This document shows, in pieces, positions 7,859-16,575 of a DNA stretch of 64,000 bases. The translations under genes and the position numbers were made by a program. The stretch's first letter is position 1. Each line of letters begins with the position of its first letter. Under the pieces are notes generated by a model that made no database searches, was not told the DNA's origin, and was given only the letters and a program-made list of their open reading frames with translations. Source of the DNA: Myxococcota bacterium (GTDB lineage: Bacteria > Myxococcota_A > UBA796 > CAJQPC01); contig DASCPX010000137.1 in NCBI GenBank assembly GCA_036012755.1, positions 32,001 through 96,000 of the forward strand. The letters are read 5' to 3'.

Positions 7859-9423
7859 ACCCGACCGAGCTCGAGCGCTGGTGGAGACATGCCCCCGGTG
7901 CCTGTCTGCGCGTCGCCGAGAAGCTGGCCTGCGGCAACTCCAGTGAGCGCGCCCGGGGCCGGCACCTGAGCTCTCGGATCGCGCTGCTGGACCTCAGGCC
8001 TCGAGTCGGTGTGGCCTGGTTCCCGGTCGTCCACCAGCCCGGTGGGGCCGTCGAGGGCTTCCTCGTCCAGGTCGTCGTCGGCGGCGGTCGGCCGATAGAG
8101 GGCGCAGAAGCCCTGGCCGCCTGGTTCGGGGGCCTCCTCCCCGAAGCCGAGGCCGAGGTCCGCGCACTCTCCATCGGCATCGAGGGACTGCCCGAGGGCT
8201 TCGAGGTGCGAGGTCACTCCTTGCAACTCGCGGCCGCGGAGGCCCTCGTCTCCCACTTCCTGCAGCGGCCTGCTGCCTCGGCCCGAGTCAGCTCGGGCGG
8301 CCTGGGAGCTGACTTCTGCGCGCTGTCCCCCATCGACCAGGTCGCGGTGAAGCGCCGCATCTGCGCCCTGGAGGCTCCCGGAGCGGTAGCCACGGTCGTC
8401 GAGGCGTCCGCCCACCTGGAGCTCTCTTCGGCCTTCGGGAGCGCCTGGCGGGGAGAGCTCGCGGCGGCGCTCGGGGCCTCTGCGAGCGCCCTGTCTCGCG
8501 ACGCCCGTCGGGCCTACCTCGATAGGAAATACCCACGGGCCGAGAGGCTCGCGGAGCTCGCCCTGGACACGGAGGATCTACCCCTCGCCCGCTGGGTGCG
8601 CGGGGCCTGCAGGGTCCACCGGGGCGAGCAGGGACTCGAGGATCTCGAGCTGGCCTTCGAGGCGCTCCGCCACAGCGAAGAGGAGGCCTGGCTCGGCGAG
8701 GAGCTCGAGGCCTTCCTGGGCATCGCGCTGTTGGACGAGCTGCGCCCCGTCGAGGCGAGGCCCCGGCTGGAGCGGGCGCTCGCGCGCCTCGAGGACGCTC
8801 GACGAGACCGGCGCTTCAGGGAGGTCGCGGTCCAGGTCGCCGGCACCCTCCGACGAGTCCTGCAGCTCCTGGGCGAGGTCGAGGACGCCCTGCAGGTCCA
8901 CCAGACCTGGGTCCTCGGCCATGCCCACCAGGACCACGAGCACAGCCGCGCCCTGATCGAGAGCGCCGCCCTGGAGCTCGCCCTGGAGCGACCCGGTGTC
9001 GAGCGGACCCTGGAGCTGGCGGAGCGACAGCTCGCTCACTGTTCCTCTGACGAGCGAGCGGTCACCCGTCGGTACATCGAGGTGCAGCGGGTCCGAGCCG
9101 GGCTCTCCAGCTCGGCTCGCAAGGGCGAGCCGCCGGACTGGTCGGACTTCCCCCAGCCCCTGGAGGCCCTGGCCGGGCTCTGTACCGAGGAGCTGGAGAG
9201 CTGGCTCGACGACTACGTCGATCTCGCCACCCTTGGATGCGCCATGCACCTGGTATTGCTCGGCGCAGCAGCCCGATCGGGGCCCGTTCGCCAGGCTCCC
9301 GAGCTCGTGATCTGCTTCAGGGAGCGGACGGGCCCGGAGCGGCTCGGCGCAGCAGCATGGAGCGCGCTCGCTGCGCTGGAGGCCGGAGATTGCGCCCCCT
9401 GGAGGCGGCTGGCCCCCTACTGA
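7855..9423 (+). CDS. Lon-type (S16-like) protease domain fused to TPR-like repeats
   Basis: RGHSLQLAAAEALVS...SSGGL...SPIDQVAVK matches the Lon C-domain pattern; Ser122-Lys166 spacing is 44 (43 in E. coli Lon); GTGA coupling. Confidence 0.7.
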   Translation: MNPTELERWWRHAPGACLRVAEKLACGNSSERARGRHLSSRIALLDLRPRVGVAWFPVVHQPGGAVEGFLVQVVVGGGRPIEGAEALAAWFGGLLPEAEAEVRALSIGIEGLPEGFEVRGHSLQLAAAEALVSHFLQRPAASARVSSGGLGADFCALSPIDQVAVKRRICALEAPGAVATVVEASAHLELSSAFGSAWRGELAAALGASASALSRDARRAYLDRKYPRAERLAELALDTEDLPLARWVRGACRVHRGEQGLEDLELAFEALRHSEEEAWLGEELEAFLGIALLDELRPVEARPRLERALARLEDARRDRRFREVAVQVAGTLRRVLQLLGEVEDALQVHQTWVLGHAHQDHEHSRALIESAALELALERPGVERTLELAERQLAHCSSDERAVTRRYIEVQRVRAGLSSSARKGEPPDWSDFPQPLEALAGLCTEELESWLDDYVDLATLGCAMHLVLLGAAARSGPVRQAPELVICFRERTGPERLGAAAWSALAALEAGDCAPWRRLAPY

Positions 9424-11010
9424 TCAGGGCTCGAGCTCGCCCGCCTCGATGGTCCAGGAGGCCAACTCGACGCCGTCCACGTCGTGCAGGGTGGCCACCA
9501 GCTGATCGCTGGAGACGACCATGCCGATGAAGAACACGCCCTCGTCCTCGCAGACCGTCCAGCTCTCCTCCTGGCAGGGACTGTTCCAGGTCGCCAGCGG
9601 AGACGAGGTCAGCTCTGGCAGGTCGTAGCTGGCTCCGGGCAGCAGCCGGAACTCCGAGCGGTGGACGTCGCCCGAGAGCAGGACCAGCCCGGGCACATCC
9701 GCCGTGGCCTCCAGCAGCGCAGTCCAGTCCTCTGGGAAGTTGGCCCAGGAGTCCTCCGAGCCTTCCTGGGTGAACTGGCTGCCGCTGGCGACGAGCTTCC
9801 AGGTCGCGGAGCTGTCGTGGAGCGCCCCGACGAGCCAGGCGGTCTGCTCCCCGCCGAGCATGCTGTCGTCCTCGCCGCGGTGGCTGCGGTCGTCGAGGAG
9901 GAAGAACTCGACCTCTCCGACGACGTGGCGGGAGGGGATGGTGTTGGCCCAGTACTCGTCGAAGACGCGCTTGGCGACGTCGCCTCCGGGGTCGCTCGCG
10001 TCGGTGTTGTTGCCGACGTAGTCGTGGTCGTCCCAGGTCGCGACGATCGAGGTCTCGGCCAGCATCTCCCGGCGCTCGTCCCGCTCGTGGGCCCAGCGGT
10101 ACCACTGACGTAGAGCACCAAGATCGTTCGTGTTTGCGTAGTGGTTGTCCCCGATGAACAGGAAGACGTCAGGCTCGTACGCGCGAATCGCCGAGAAGAT
10201 GGGCTGGTCGTCGTCCTTGCTGCAGGAGCCGAAGGCGATGCGCAGCTGCTCCGCTGGCTCCTCCACGGTCCACGGTCCCAGCGTCTGTCCCTCGATCTCC
10301 AGGGAGTACTCGAAGGGAGGGGCGATGCCCTCGAGCACGACCTCCTCCGCGAAGTCGTCCGCGGCCAGGGGGTAGCCGATGTGTCGCAGGCGCCCGTCCA
10401 CGCTGAGCTTCACCTGTCGGGTCGCGTCCGTGCGGTACCAGATCCGCACGCCCTCCGCGGTGACCGGGCCGACCAGGGGGCCGTGGGTGAGGGGGGTCTC
10501 CCAGCAGCCCAGGCAGTCGAGCACGGCGGCCTCTGAGAGGCTGGCGACCTCGTCCTCGTCGTCGGTGCCGAGCTTCACCTCGTAGTCGCTCTTGCAGTGG
10601 ATGGGCTCGCCGTCGAAGCTCACCGCGATGCATCCGGGCCGGTACTGGTCGCCGCCGTCGTCGATCGACCAGGTGAGATCCTGGACATCCGCCCGGGACA
10701 GCCCGAAGTCCTCTTCGACGTGCACGTCGACGATGCCGTGCTCGTTGTCGTTCCAGTCGGGCTTCGCCAGCTCCAGGCAGTGCTCCTCGCCGAGGCAGAG
10801 GGTGAGCACGTCGTCGGTGCCGCTGTACTCGCTGGTGTCAGAGGGCAGCATCGTCACGTGGAGGACATCGATGACCTCTGGGAACTCGGGCATGCCGGGG
10901 TCGGGCACGCCCTCGCTGTCGGGGCTGTCGCCCTCGCTCTCGACCACGACGCTCTCGTCGGGGGGCACGCCCGAGGGGGCACAGGTGCAGGACCAGAACA
11001 ACGCGAGCAT
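9424..11010 (-). CDS. Alkaline phosphatase D (PhoD-like) lipoprotein
   Basis: FGSC, GDNHY, WDDHD, LSGDVH motifs; MLALFWSC lipobox. Confidence 0.9.
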   Translation of the reverse strand: MLALFWSCTCAPSGVPPDESVVVESEGDSPDSEGVPDPGMPEFPEVIDVLHVTMLPSDTSEYSGTDDVLTLCLGEEHCLELAKPDWNDNEHGIVDVHVEEDFGLSRADVQDLTWSIDDGGDQYRPGCIAVSFDGEPIHCKSDYEVKLGTDDEDEVASLSEAAVLDCLGCWETPLTHGPLVGPVTAEGVRIWYRTDATRQVKLSVDGRLRHIGYPLAADDFAEEVVLEGIAPPFEYSLEIEGQTLGPWTVEEPAEQLRIAFGSCSKDDDQPIFSAIRAYEPDVFLFIGDNHYANTNDLGALRQWYRWAHERDERREMLAETSIVATWDDHDYVGNNTDASDPGGDVAKRVFDEYWANTIPSRHVVGEVEFFLLDDRSHRGEDDSMLGGEQTAWLVGALHDSSATWKLVASGSQFTQEGSEDSWANFPEDWTALLEATADVPGLVLLSGDVHRSEFRLLPGASYDLPELTSSPLATWNSPCQEESWTVCEDEGVFFIGMVVSSDQLVATLHDVDGVELASWTIEAGELEP

Positions 11011-11018
11011 CCGAGTCC

Positions 11019-11786
11019 CTAACGGGCCAGGGCTGCCTCGATGGCATCGCGCACAGCGTCGGCGTTGTATTGGCGCGCCATGTAGACGATCCGCCCCTGT
11101 CGATCGACGAGGATCTGGAGCGGGAAGGGCGCGTAGCCGCCGAGCGCGCTCGTGTCGTAGGATCGGTAGACCGAGCCGTCCGCGTCGAGCAGCACGGGGG
11201 ATGTGAGCCGGTTCAGGTCCGAGTCCATGACCACGAGCCCCTCGTCCAGCGCGCCGAGCAGCACGACGCCGCCGTCGGCCGAGATGTCCTCGTGGAAGCC
11301 CTCCGTCACCCATCCGGGGAGATCGACCGGGGTCGGGGTGTCGGTCGAGACGTCCACGACCACGATCCGGTCGGCCCTGGTGGCGAAGAAGGCCCGCTGG
11401 GTGTCCCTGTCCACGGCGACGCGGTAGGTCCGCCCGGAGCTGTGCTCGGCCAGCCGCACGTGGTTCTCCAGGTCGTACCAGGCCCACCCGGAGACCCCGG
11501 CGACGATGGCCCGGGTCTTGTCGATGACGACGGCGTCCAGCCACTCGACGTATGGCTCCAGCTCTCCGTCGACGGTCTCGATGGGGTCGCCGAGGACGAG
11601 GGGGAGCTCTACCTCCGGCTCGTCCGTGTCGGGGGAGCTGTCGTATGTGGGCGACCCGCTGTCGCAGGTCGGGTCGGAGGCCACCGGGTGGCAGGCGCCG
11701 TCCGCGGCTCGAGCGAAGCCACGGAGGCAGGGCTCGCGGCAGGCGAAGCTCAGGATGCCCAGGAACACCTCTGCAGGATGCTCCAT
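11019..11786 (-). CDS. Lipoprotein: partial beta-propeller joined to the C-terminal half of a thioredoxin-like fold (possibly internally deleted)
   Basis: Propeller-like strands (RIVVVDVS, GLVVMD) followed by PVLLD...FPLQILVDRQGRIVY; no CxxC. Confidence 0.55.
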   Translation of the reverse strand: MEHPAEVFLGILSFACREPCLRGFARAADGACHPVASDPTCDSGSPTYDSSPDTDEPEVELPLVLGDPIETVDGELEPYVEWLDAVVIDKTRAIVAGVSGWAWYDLENHVRLAEHSSGRTYRVAVDRDTQRAFFATRADRIVVVDVSTDTPTPVDLPGWVTEGFHEDISADGGVVLLGALDEGLVVMDSDLNRLTSPVLLDADGSVYRSYDTSALGGYAPFPLQILVDRQGRIVYMARQYNADAVRDAIEAALAR

Positions 11787-12466
11787 GACGGCCCCGGTTT
11801 CGGCAGCTGGTCAGCGGTCGGCACGCGCAGGCAGCGCAGCACGGCGTCGAGGTCTTCGTCCGGTCGCATCCGGAGCGCGCGACGGACCGAGGCCGTGCGC
11901 AGCTTCAGGACTCCGGCCAGGAGCTCGGGGTGATCCCAGCCCTGGTGAGCAGCGGCCTGGATCGCCATGCGACGGACCATCGGCGAGGTGCCCAGCTCCT
12001 CTGGATGGGAGCGGGTGGCGGCGCAGACGGCTCGGAGCAGGTCCGCGAAGGTCGGCCTGCGGTGGCGCGCGCGGCCGACCGGCTGGACCCGAGCGGGCCC
12101 CTCGGCGGTCACCCAGGGGCGACAGACGAGGCCGGCTGCGTCTCGCCAGGAGCTGAACTCCCAGTGGAGCGGATGCGCCACGAGACCACGCTTCACCGGG
12201 ATCACGGCCAGGCTGGCCGGGCTGGTGATCGCGAGGGGGTGGGTGGGGATGCGCCAGAGGCCGGCGTGGCGCAGGGAGGCACACACGCTGGCGATGCGGC
12301 GGCGGGGCCTGTTCGAGTCTGGGGCGACCAGGACGTGCAGCTCGTGTGGGAGGAGGAGGGCGGCCCGGACGTCCCGGCCAAGGCTCTTCCGCATGCTGCG
12401 CCAGAGGGCGAGCGCTGCGGCGCGGTGTGGGAGGGGTGCTTCGTTGATGAGGTGGAGATGGAGCAC
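11750..12466 (-). CDS. Degenerate REP-associated tyrosine transposase (RAYT/Y1)-like protein with C-terminal HTH-like region
   Basis: LLLPHELHVLV (cf. CLMPNHxHLL) and IPVKRGLVAHPLHWEFSS (cf. NPVxAGLV..P..W.WSS); the protein contains no Tyr. Confidence 0.65.
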   Translation of the reverse strand: MLHLHLINEAPLPHRAAALALWRSMRKSLGRDVRAALLLPHELHVLVAPDSNRPRRRIASVCASLRHAGLWRIPTHPLAITSPASLAVIPVKRGLVAHPLHWEFSSWRDAAGLVCRPWVTAEGPARVQPVGRARHRRPTFADLLRAVCAATRSHPEELGTSPMVRRMAIQAAAHQGWDHPELLAGVLKLRTASVRRALRMRPDEDLDAVLRCLRVPTADQLPKPGPSWSILQRCSWAS

Positions 12467-12586
12467 GGCGACCTCGCGCTGGGGGTTCGCCTGTGCCCAT
12501 CGCAACGGCCGTGCCGCGCCCAAGTGGCTGAAACCCGGGGGGTCGGCAGCCAGACTGCCCGAGGCTCCGACAACCCCCTGTCGAGA

Positions 12587-13648
12587 TCACTCCACCTCGT
12601 CGGCCGTCCACTCCGCCTCGTCGGCCATCCATCCGCTCCAGCGCATCGCGAGCCCGACGAACACCCAGACCAGCACGCCGCAGACCGCGCCGACGTAGCC
12701 GTCCACGGCGTAGTGCCAGCCCAGGTGCACGCTCCCGACCAGGATGATCGCGGCGAAGCAGCCCAGCGCGACGCCCAGGACCCGGTGTCGGGCCCAGCCC
12801 AGCAGGGCGAACAGCACGCTCGTCGCCACGTGCATGCTCGGCATGGCCGAGATGCCTGCGACGGTCTCGACCGTGCCGCGCTCGTAGGCAGCCCAGAGCT
12901 GCTCCTGCACGTCGACGGCCCAGAGGTGGTGGACCTCGTGCAGCATGTGGAGCTCGGCCATGAGCCCCGCGTAGGGGTCTGGCTCGCCGGGGTAGAGCTC
13001 TGCCCAGAAGCAGGGGCCGACGCTGGAGGTCAGGGTCGCCAGGAGGGTCCCCGCCAGGATCCAGAGCAGCACGAAGCTCAGGAGGAAGCGGGCCCGCAGG
13101 CGCCGGTGCATGGAGAAGGCCTGCCAGATCAGGATGCCGAAGAACAGGAAGATCCAGGCGTTGTAGGCGACGTTGATGGCCACTGTGACCAAGGGGGCTG
13201 TCGGGTGCAGCCACTCGAAGGGCGGGCCGCCGTGCAGGGCGACGTCCCAGTCGTGGAAGAGCCGGTCGTACTCGAAGGGCACCATCCGGGGGATGGCCAC
13301 CTTCAAGCTCCCGAAGGTCGACATGAACAGGGGCAACAGCGCGTAGACGATGGCGAAGCCCGCGAGGCGGCGGGGCTGGAGCCAGCTGGTCTTGAGGTCC
13401 TCCCAGATGAAGCGGAAGGCCGAGACCCCGTCTGGCACCCGGGGCAGGCTGCGCAGGGCGTGGCCGCCGAGGAACAGCACGACGAAGAGCACGGCCACCG
13501 CCTCGACCGCCGGGTAGCGCAGGCTGAGCACCATCACGTCGCCCAGGGCCGCGTCCACCGCGTAGCCCCCGGCGAGGTAGAGCCCGACGAGGACAGCCAG
13601 TGGCGCGTGCTCGCGCCAGAGGGTCAGCGGCAGCCGCTCTGATCGCAC
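12587..13648 (-). CDS. PAP2-family membrane phosphatase/phosphotransferase
   Basis: AMPSMHVA and SVHLGWHYAVDG motifs; multiple TM segments. Confidence 0.9.
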   Translation of the reverse strand: MRSERLPLTLWREHAPLAVLVGLYLAGGYAVDAALGDVMVLSLRYPAVEAVAVLFVVLFLGGHALRSLPRVPDGVSAFRFIWEDLKTSWLQPRRLAGFAIVYALLPLFMSTFGSLKVAIPRMVPFEYDRLFHDWDVALHGGPPFEWLHPTAPLVTVAINVAYNAWIFLFFGILIWQAFSMHRRLRARFLLSFVLLWILAGTLLATLTSSVGPCFWAELYPGEPDPYAGLMAELHMLHEVHHLWAVDVQEQLWAAYERGTVETVAGISAMPSMHVATSVLFALLGWARHRVLGVALGCFAAIILVGSVHLGWHYAVDGYVGAVCGVLVWVFVGLAMRWSGWMADEAEWTADEVE

Positions 13649-14670
13649 AGGAGGCTCTCGATCTTCTCGAGGTCCGAGCGGATGCAGCCGCCGTAGAGAG
13701 AGATGTCGCAGGGGTCGTTGTCGAGGTCCTCTGCGCCGAAGTCGCTCTGCTCGATCAGCACGAGGCTGGCTGGTCCGACGGGGTAGAGCGCCAGCGCCCC
13801 CTCCCCCCCGACGTTGTCGGTGAGCTCCAGGCGACTCAGGGTGGCGCTGCCGAAGAGCGTGAGCGCGCCGGTCCAGGTGGAGCGGTGGTCGGTGATCACG
13901 AGGTCGCTGGCCTCCAGGCTCTCCGCCGCGCCCAGGGCTGGCCCGTTGGACTGGTTGGTGGCGAAGCGGGAGTCTTCGATGCTGAGGTCCTTGTAGGCCG
14001 TCATCAGCGCCCGTCCGGGTTCGTTCATCAGGACGATCGTGTCCTCGACGAGCAGCCCGGCGATGCTGGCCTCGCCGCGGAGCTCGATGTGCGCGCCGAG
14101 CACCGAGCGGCTCTCCCGGTAGTCGAGGTCCGCGATCGTGATTGTCTCGCCCTCGAGCCGCAGGGCCACGTCGTCGACCTGGATGGCGCTGACGGAGAGG
14201 CCGTCGATGACCAGCTCCTCCTCGACCTTCGCGCTCAGCGCCGGCGTCTCCTCGGCGGTGAGGGTGAAGCCGCCGAGCTCGACGTCACGCAGGGTGATGC
14301 TGTCGGCTGTGAGCTCCAACGGCAGCTCGAAGCGCAGGCCCTGGAAGACCACAGGCTGATGGGTGAGGAGCTTCAACGGCGTGGCCTCGGCCCCGGTGTC
14401 CTCGAGCACTGGCACCAGCACGACGCCCTCCTCGCCGATCCAGCTCACCTGGCCAGGCAGCGTCTCGTCGGTCTTGTCCATATCCAGGCTGGTCGAGTAG
14501 CTGCCGGCGCCCAGGCACAGGGTCACCCAGCCAGCCGTGCCCTTCATCATGAGGTCGATGTCGGTGCCGATCTCGCCGGTCTCCAGCCGAAGGATCTCCC
14601 CGTCGGCGGGGGGACACGAAGGACCGGGACTCTCCTTGGTCCCGGTGCAGGCCACGACCCACCAGAGCAT
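13624..14670 (-). CDS. Lipoprotein with beta-helix-like region
   Basis: MLWWVVAC lipobox; LCLGAGSY and F..N...G.AL repeats. Confidence 0.7.
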   Translation of the reverse strand: MLWWVVACTGTKESPGPSCPPADGEILRLETGEIGTDIDLMMKGTAGWVTLCLGAGSYSTSLDMDKTDETLPGQVSWIGEEGVVLVPVLEDTGAEATPLKLLTHQPVVFQGLRFELPLELTADSITLRDVELGGFTLTAEETPALSAKVEEELVIDGLSVSAIQVDDVALRLEGETITIADLDYRESRSVLGAHIELRGEASIAGLLVEDTIVLMNEPGRALMTAYKDLSIEDSRFATNQSNGPALGAAESLEASDLVITDHRSTWTGALTLFGSATLSRLELTDNVGGEGALALYPVGPASLVLIEQSDFGAEDLDNDPCDISLYGGCIRSDLEKIESLLCDQSGCR

Positions 14671-14714
14671 GCCGGCAGTCTACGCGACCTCTTTCTCTGT
14701 CGCTGAGTCGGCGC

Positions 14715-15677
14715 TCAGGTCGGAGCGGAGACCTTCTGCCCGAGCTCCTCGCTCAGGTGAGCGCGGATCCGCTCGTGTTCGGCGGCCTCGACCGGATCGT
14801 CGAGCAGGCGGGCCAGCGCCGCTCGGGCGAGCATCTCTCCGCGGCGTAGCTCCAGCGGATGAGCGAGGGTCAGCGCCTGGCGGTAGGCCTCGATGGCGCC
14901 CTCGGTGTTGCCGAGGTGCTCCATGCACTCACCCAGCTTCGTGTACTCCTGCATCTGGCCGTCGAGGTAGCCCATCTCGCCCATCATCCGGATGGCCGTC
15001 GCGAGCATCGGAATGCCGCGGTCTGGATCGTCCAGGAGGCAGTACAGCTTGCCGATGTTGCCCAGGTTCGTCGCGGTCCCTGCGACCGGGGTCGTGCGCT
15101 CGTACTGCATCGCGGCCAGCTCGAACCAGGCCAGCGCCTGCTCCAGGTCCCCGTCCAGCGCGTACACGACGCCGATGTTGCCGAGCACGACGGCCGCCTT
15201 TCGCGGGGGCGTCTTGCCGTCCAGCTGGTCGCGGCAGCGGTGGTAGTGGGTGAGCGCGGCCTTCCGGTCGCCCAGGGCGTTGAGCACGTTGCCGAGGTGG
15301 TTGTGGATCAGCCAGGCGCTCTCGAAGCCAGGGGGTGCGAGGTTCCTCGCCTCGCCGAAGAGGCGGCGGGCGCCGATGAGGTCTCCGCCGCGTTCGGCCA
15401 CCTATCCCAGACCCAGTCGGGCGTGGGTCGCCGCCGTGCTGTCGCCGAGCGCCTCGGCCAGCTCCAGGCTCGTCTCGTAGGCCGCCTGAGCGCTCGCGAA
15501 GTCGCTGTCGTAGAGCCGCATGTGGCCCAGGATGCGCCAGGCTCGGGTCGCGGTCTCAGGGAAGCGTCCCTCCGCCACCCCGAGCACCGTCAAGCAGAGG
15601 CCGACGCCCCGATCTCGCTCGACCTGGAGCTCCTTGGCCTCGTCGAGGAGGGCCTCCAAGAGCTCGCGCTGTTCCAT
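14715..15677 (-). pseudogene. TPR protein interrupted by an in-frame TAG at 15402-15404
   Basis: Two abutting same-frame ORFs; the stop lies inside a TPR (ARLGLG*VAERGGD). Confidence 0.75.
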
Positions 15678-15768
15678 CGGGCCGTCCTCGGAAGCGCACA
15701 GCCTCTCACGGTCGGGGCTTGCGGCCAAGCCTGGAGTGGGCGATAGGGCCGTTTCGAAGGGAGTCTCC

Positions 15769-16575
15769 ATGGTCTTGTTGCTCGCGGCGTGCAGCGTAGA
15801 GCGTGCAAACCCAGAGTTCGACGACGCTGCGGTCCTGGCCCTGCTCGAGTTCACCGCAGAGGACCCCGTGAGCCTCGCCTACGCCGTTCGCCAGATCGAG
15901 GCCGACGTGCGCACCTACCCGCTGGATGGCCAGCTCGCCGACCGCTCCTTCGAGCCCGCGGAGCTCACAGAGGCCGACGTCGCCACCTTCGAGGGCGTGC
16001 CCGACCGCGACCCGGCGCTCTGCCTCCCGGTTGCTGTCGGTCACCTCTCGCCCTTTGGAGTCGACGACCACGCTCGGGTGCAGCTCCTCGAGGACCAGAC
16101 CCCCATCGAGCCCGCGAGCCCTGACAAGTACGACCGCGTCATCATCTCGGGCGAGGACTGCTGGGCGTCGCGCGACTGCGATCTCCTGGTGACGGAGAAT
16201 CCGCTCATCAAGGAGAACACCGCGATGACCATCGACTACACCCTGTTCAAGGACCTGCGGTGGGTGGACCTCGGCCTGCCTGACCCGGCGGACGTGCCCG
16301 AGGGAGAGACCGCGGTCAACGAGGGTGACCCGCGGTGGGCCATCGTCGCCCGTAGCTGGATCTCCGAGCCCGCCATCGCCGACGAGGGCACCTCGATCAT
16401 GCAGTCCTACAGCCTAGAGGTCTGGGTGCCCGACAGCGACGGCACGGTGCGCATGATGGCGCTGTGGTCCGAGACCGACTCCTCCTTCAGCGAGGACGTC
16501 ATCGCTGGCACCACCCGCAGCGGCATCAGCGGCATCTTCGACGCGGCCGACGACTGGATCGAGGAGAACCCCTGA
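15769..16575 (+). CDS. Hypothetical lipoprotein
   Basis: GGGAG RBS; MVLLLAAC lipobox; acidic composition. Confidence 0.8.
   Translation: MVLLLAACSVERANPEFDDAAVLALLEFTAEDPVSLAYAVRQIEADVRTYPLDGQLADRSFEPAELTEADVATFEGVPDRDPALCLPVAVGHLSPFGVDDHARVQLLEDQTPIEPASPDKYDRVIISGEDCWASRDCDLLVTENPLIKENTAMTIDYTLFKDLRWVDLGLPDPADVPEGETAVNEGDPRWAIVARSWISEPAIADEGTSIMQSYSLEVWVPDSDGTVRMMALWSETDSSFSEDVIAGTTRSGISGIFDAADDWIEENP

Noticed and set aside
11750..12466. Active IS200/IS605 element
   Set aside because: No catalytic Tyr, no tnpB and no recognisable paired ends
15402..15404. Selenocysteine or pyrrolysine recoding
   Set aside because: The codon is TAG rather than TGA, the TPR position is non-catalytic, and no pyl genes are visible
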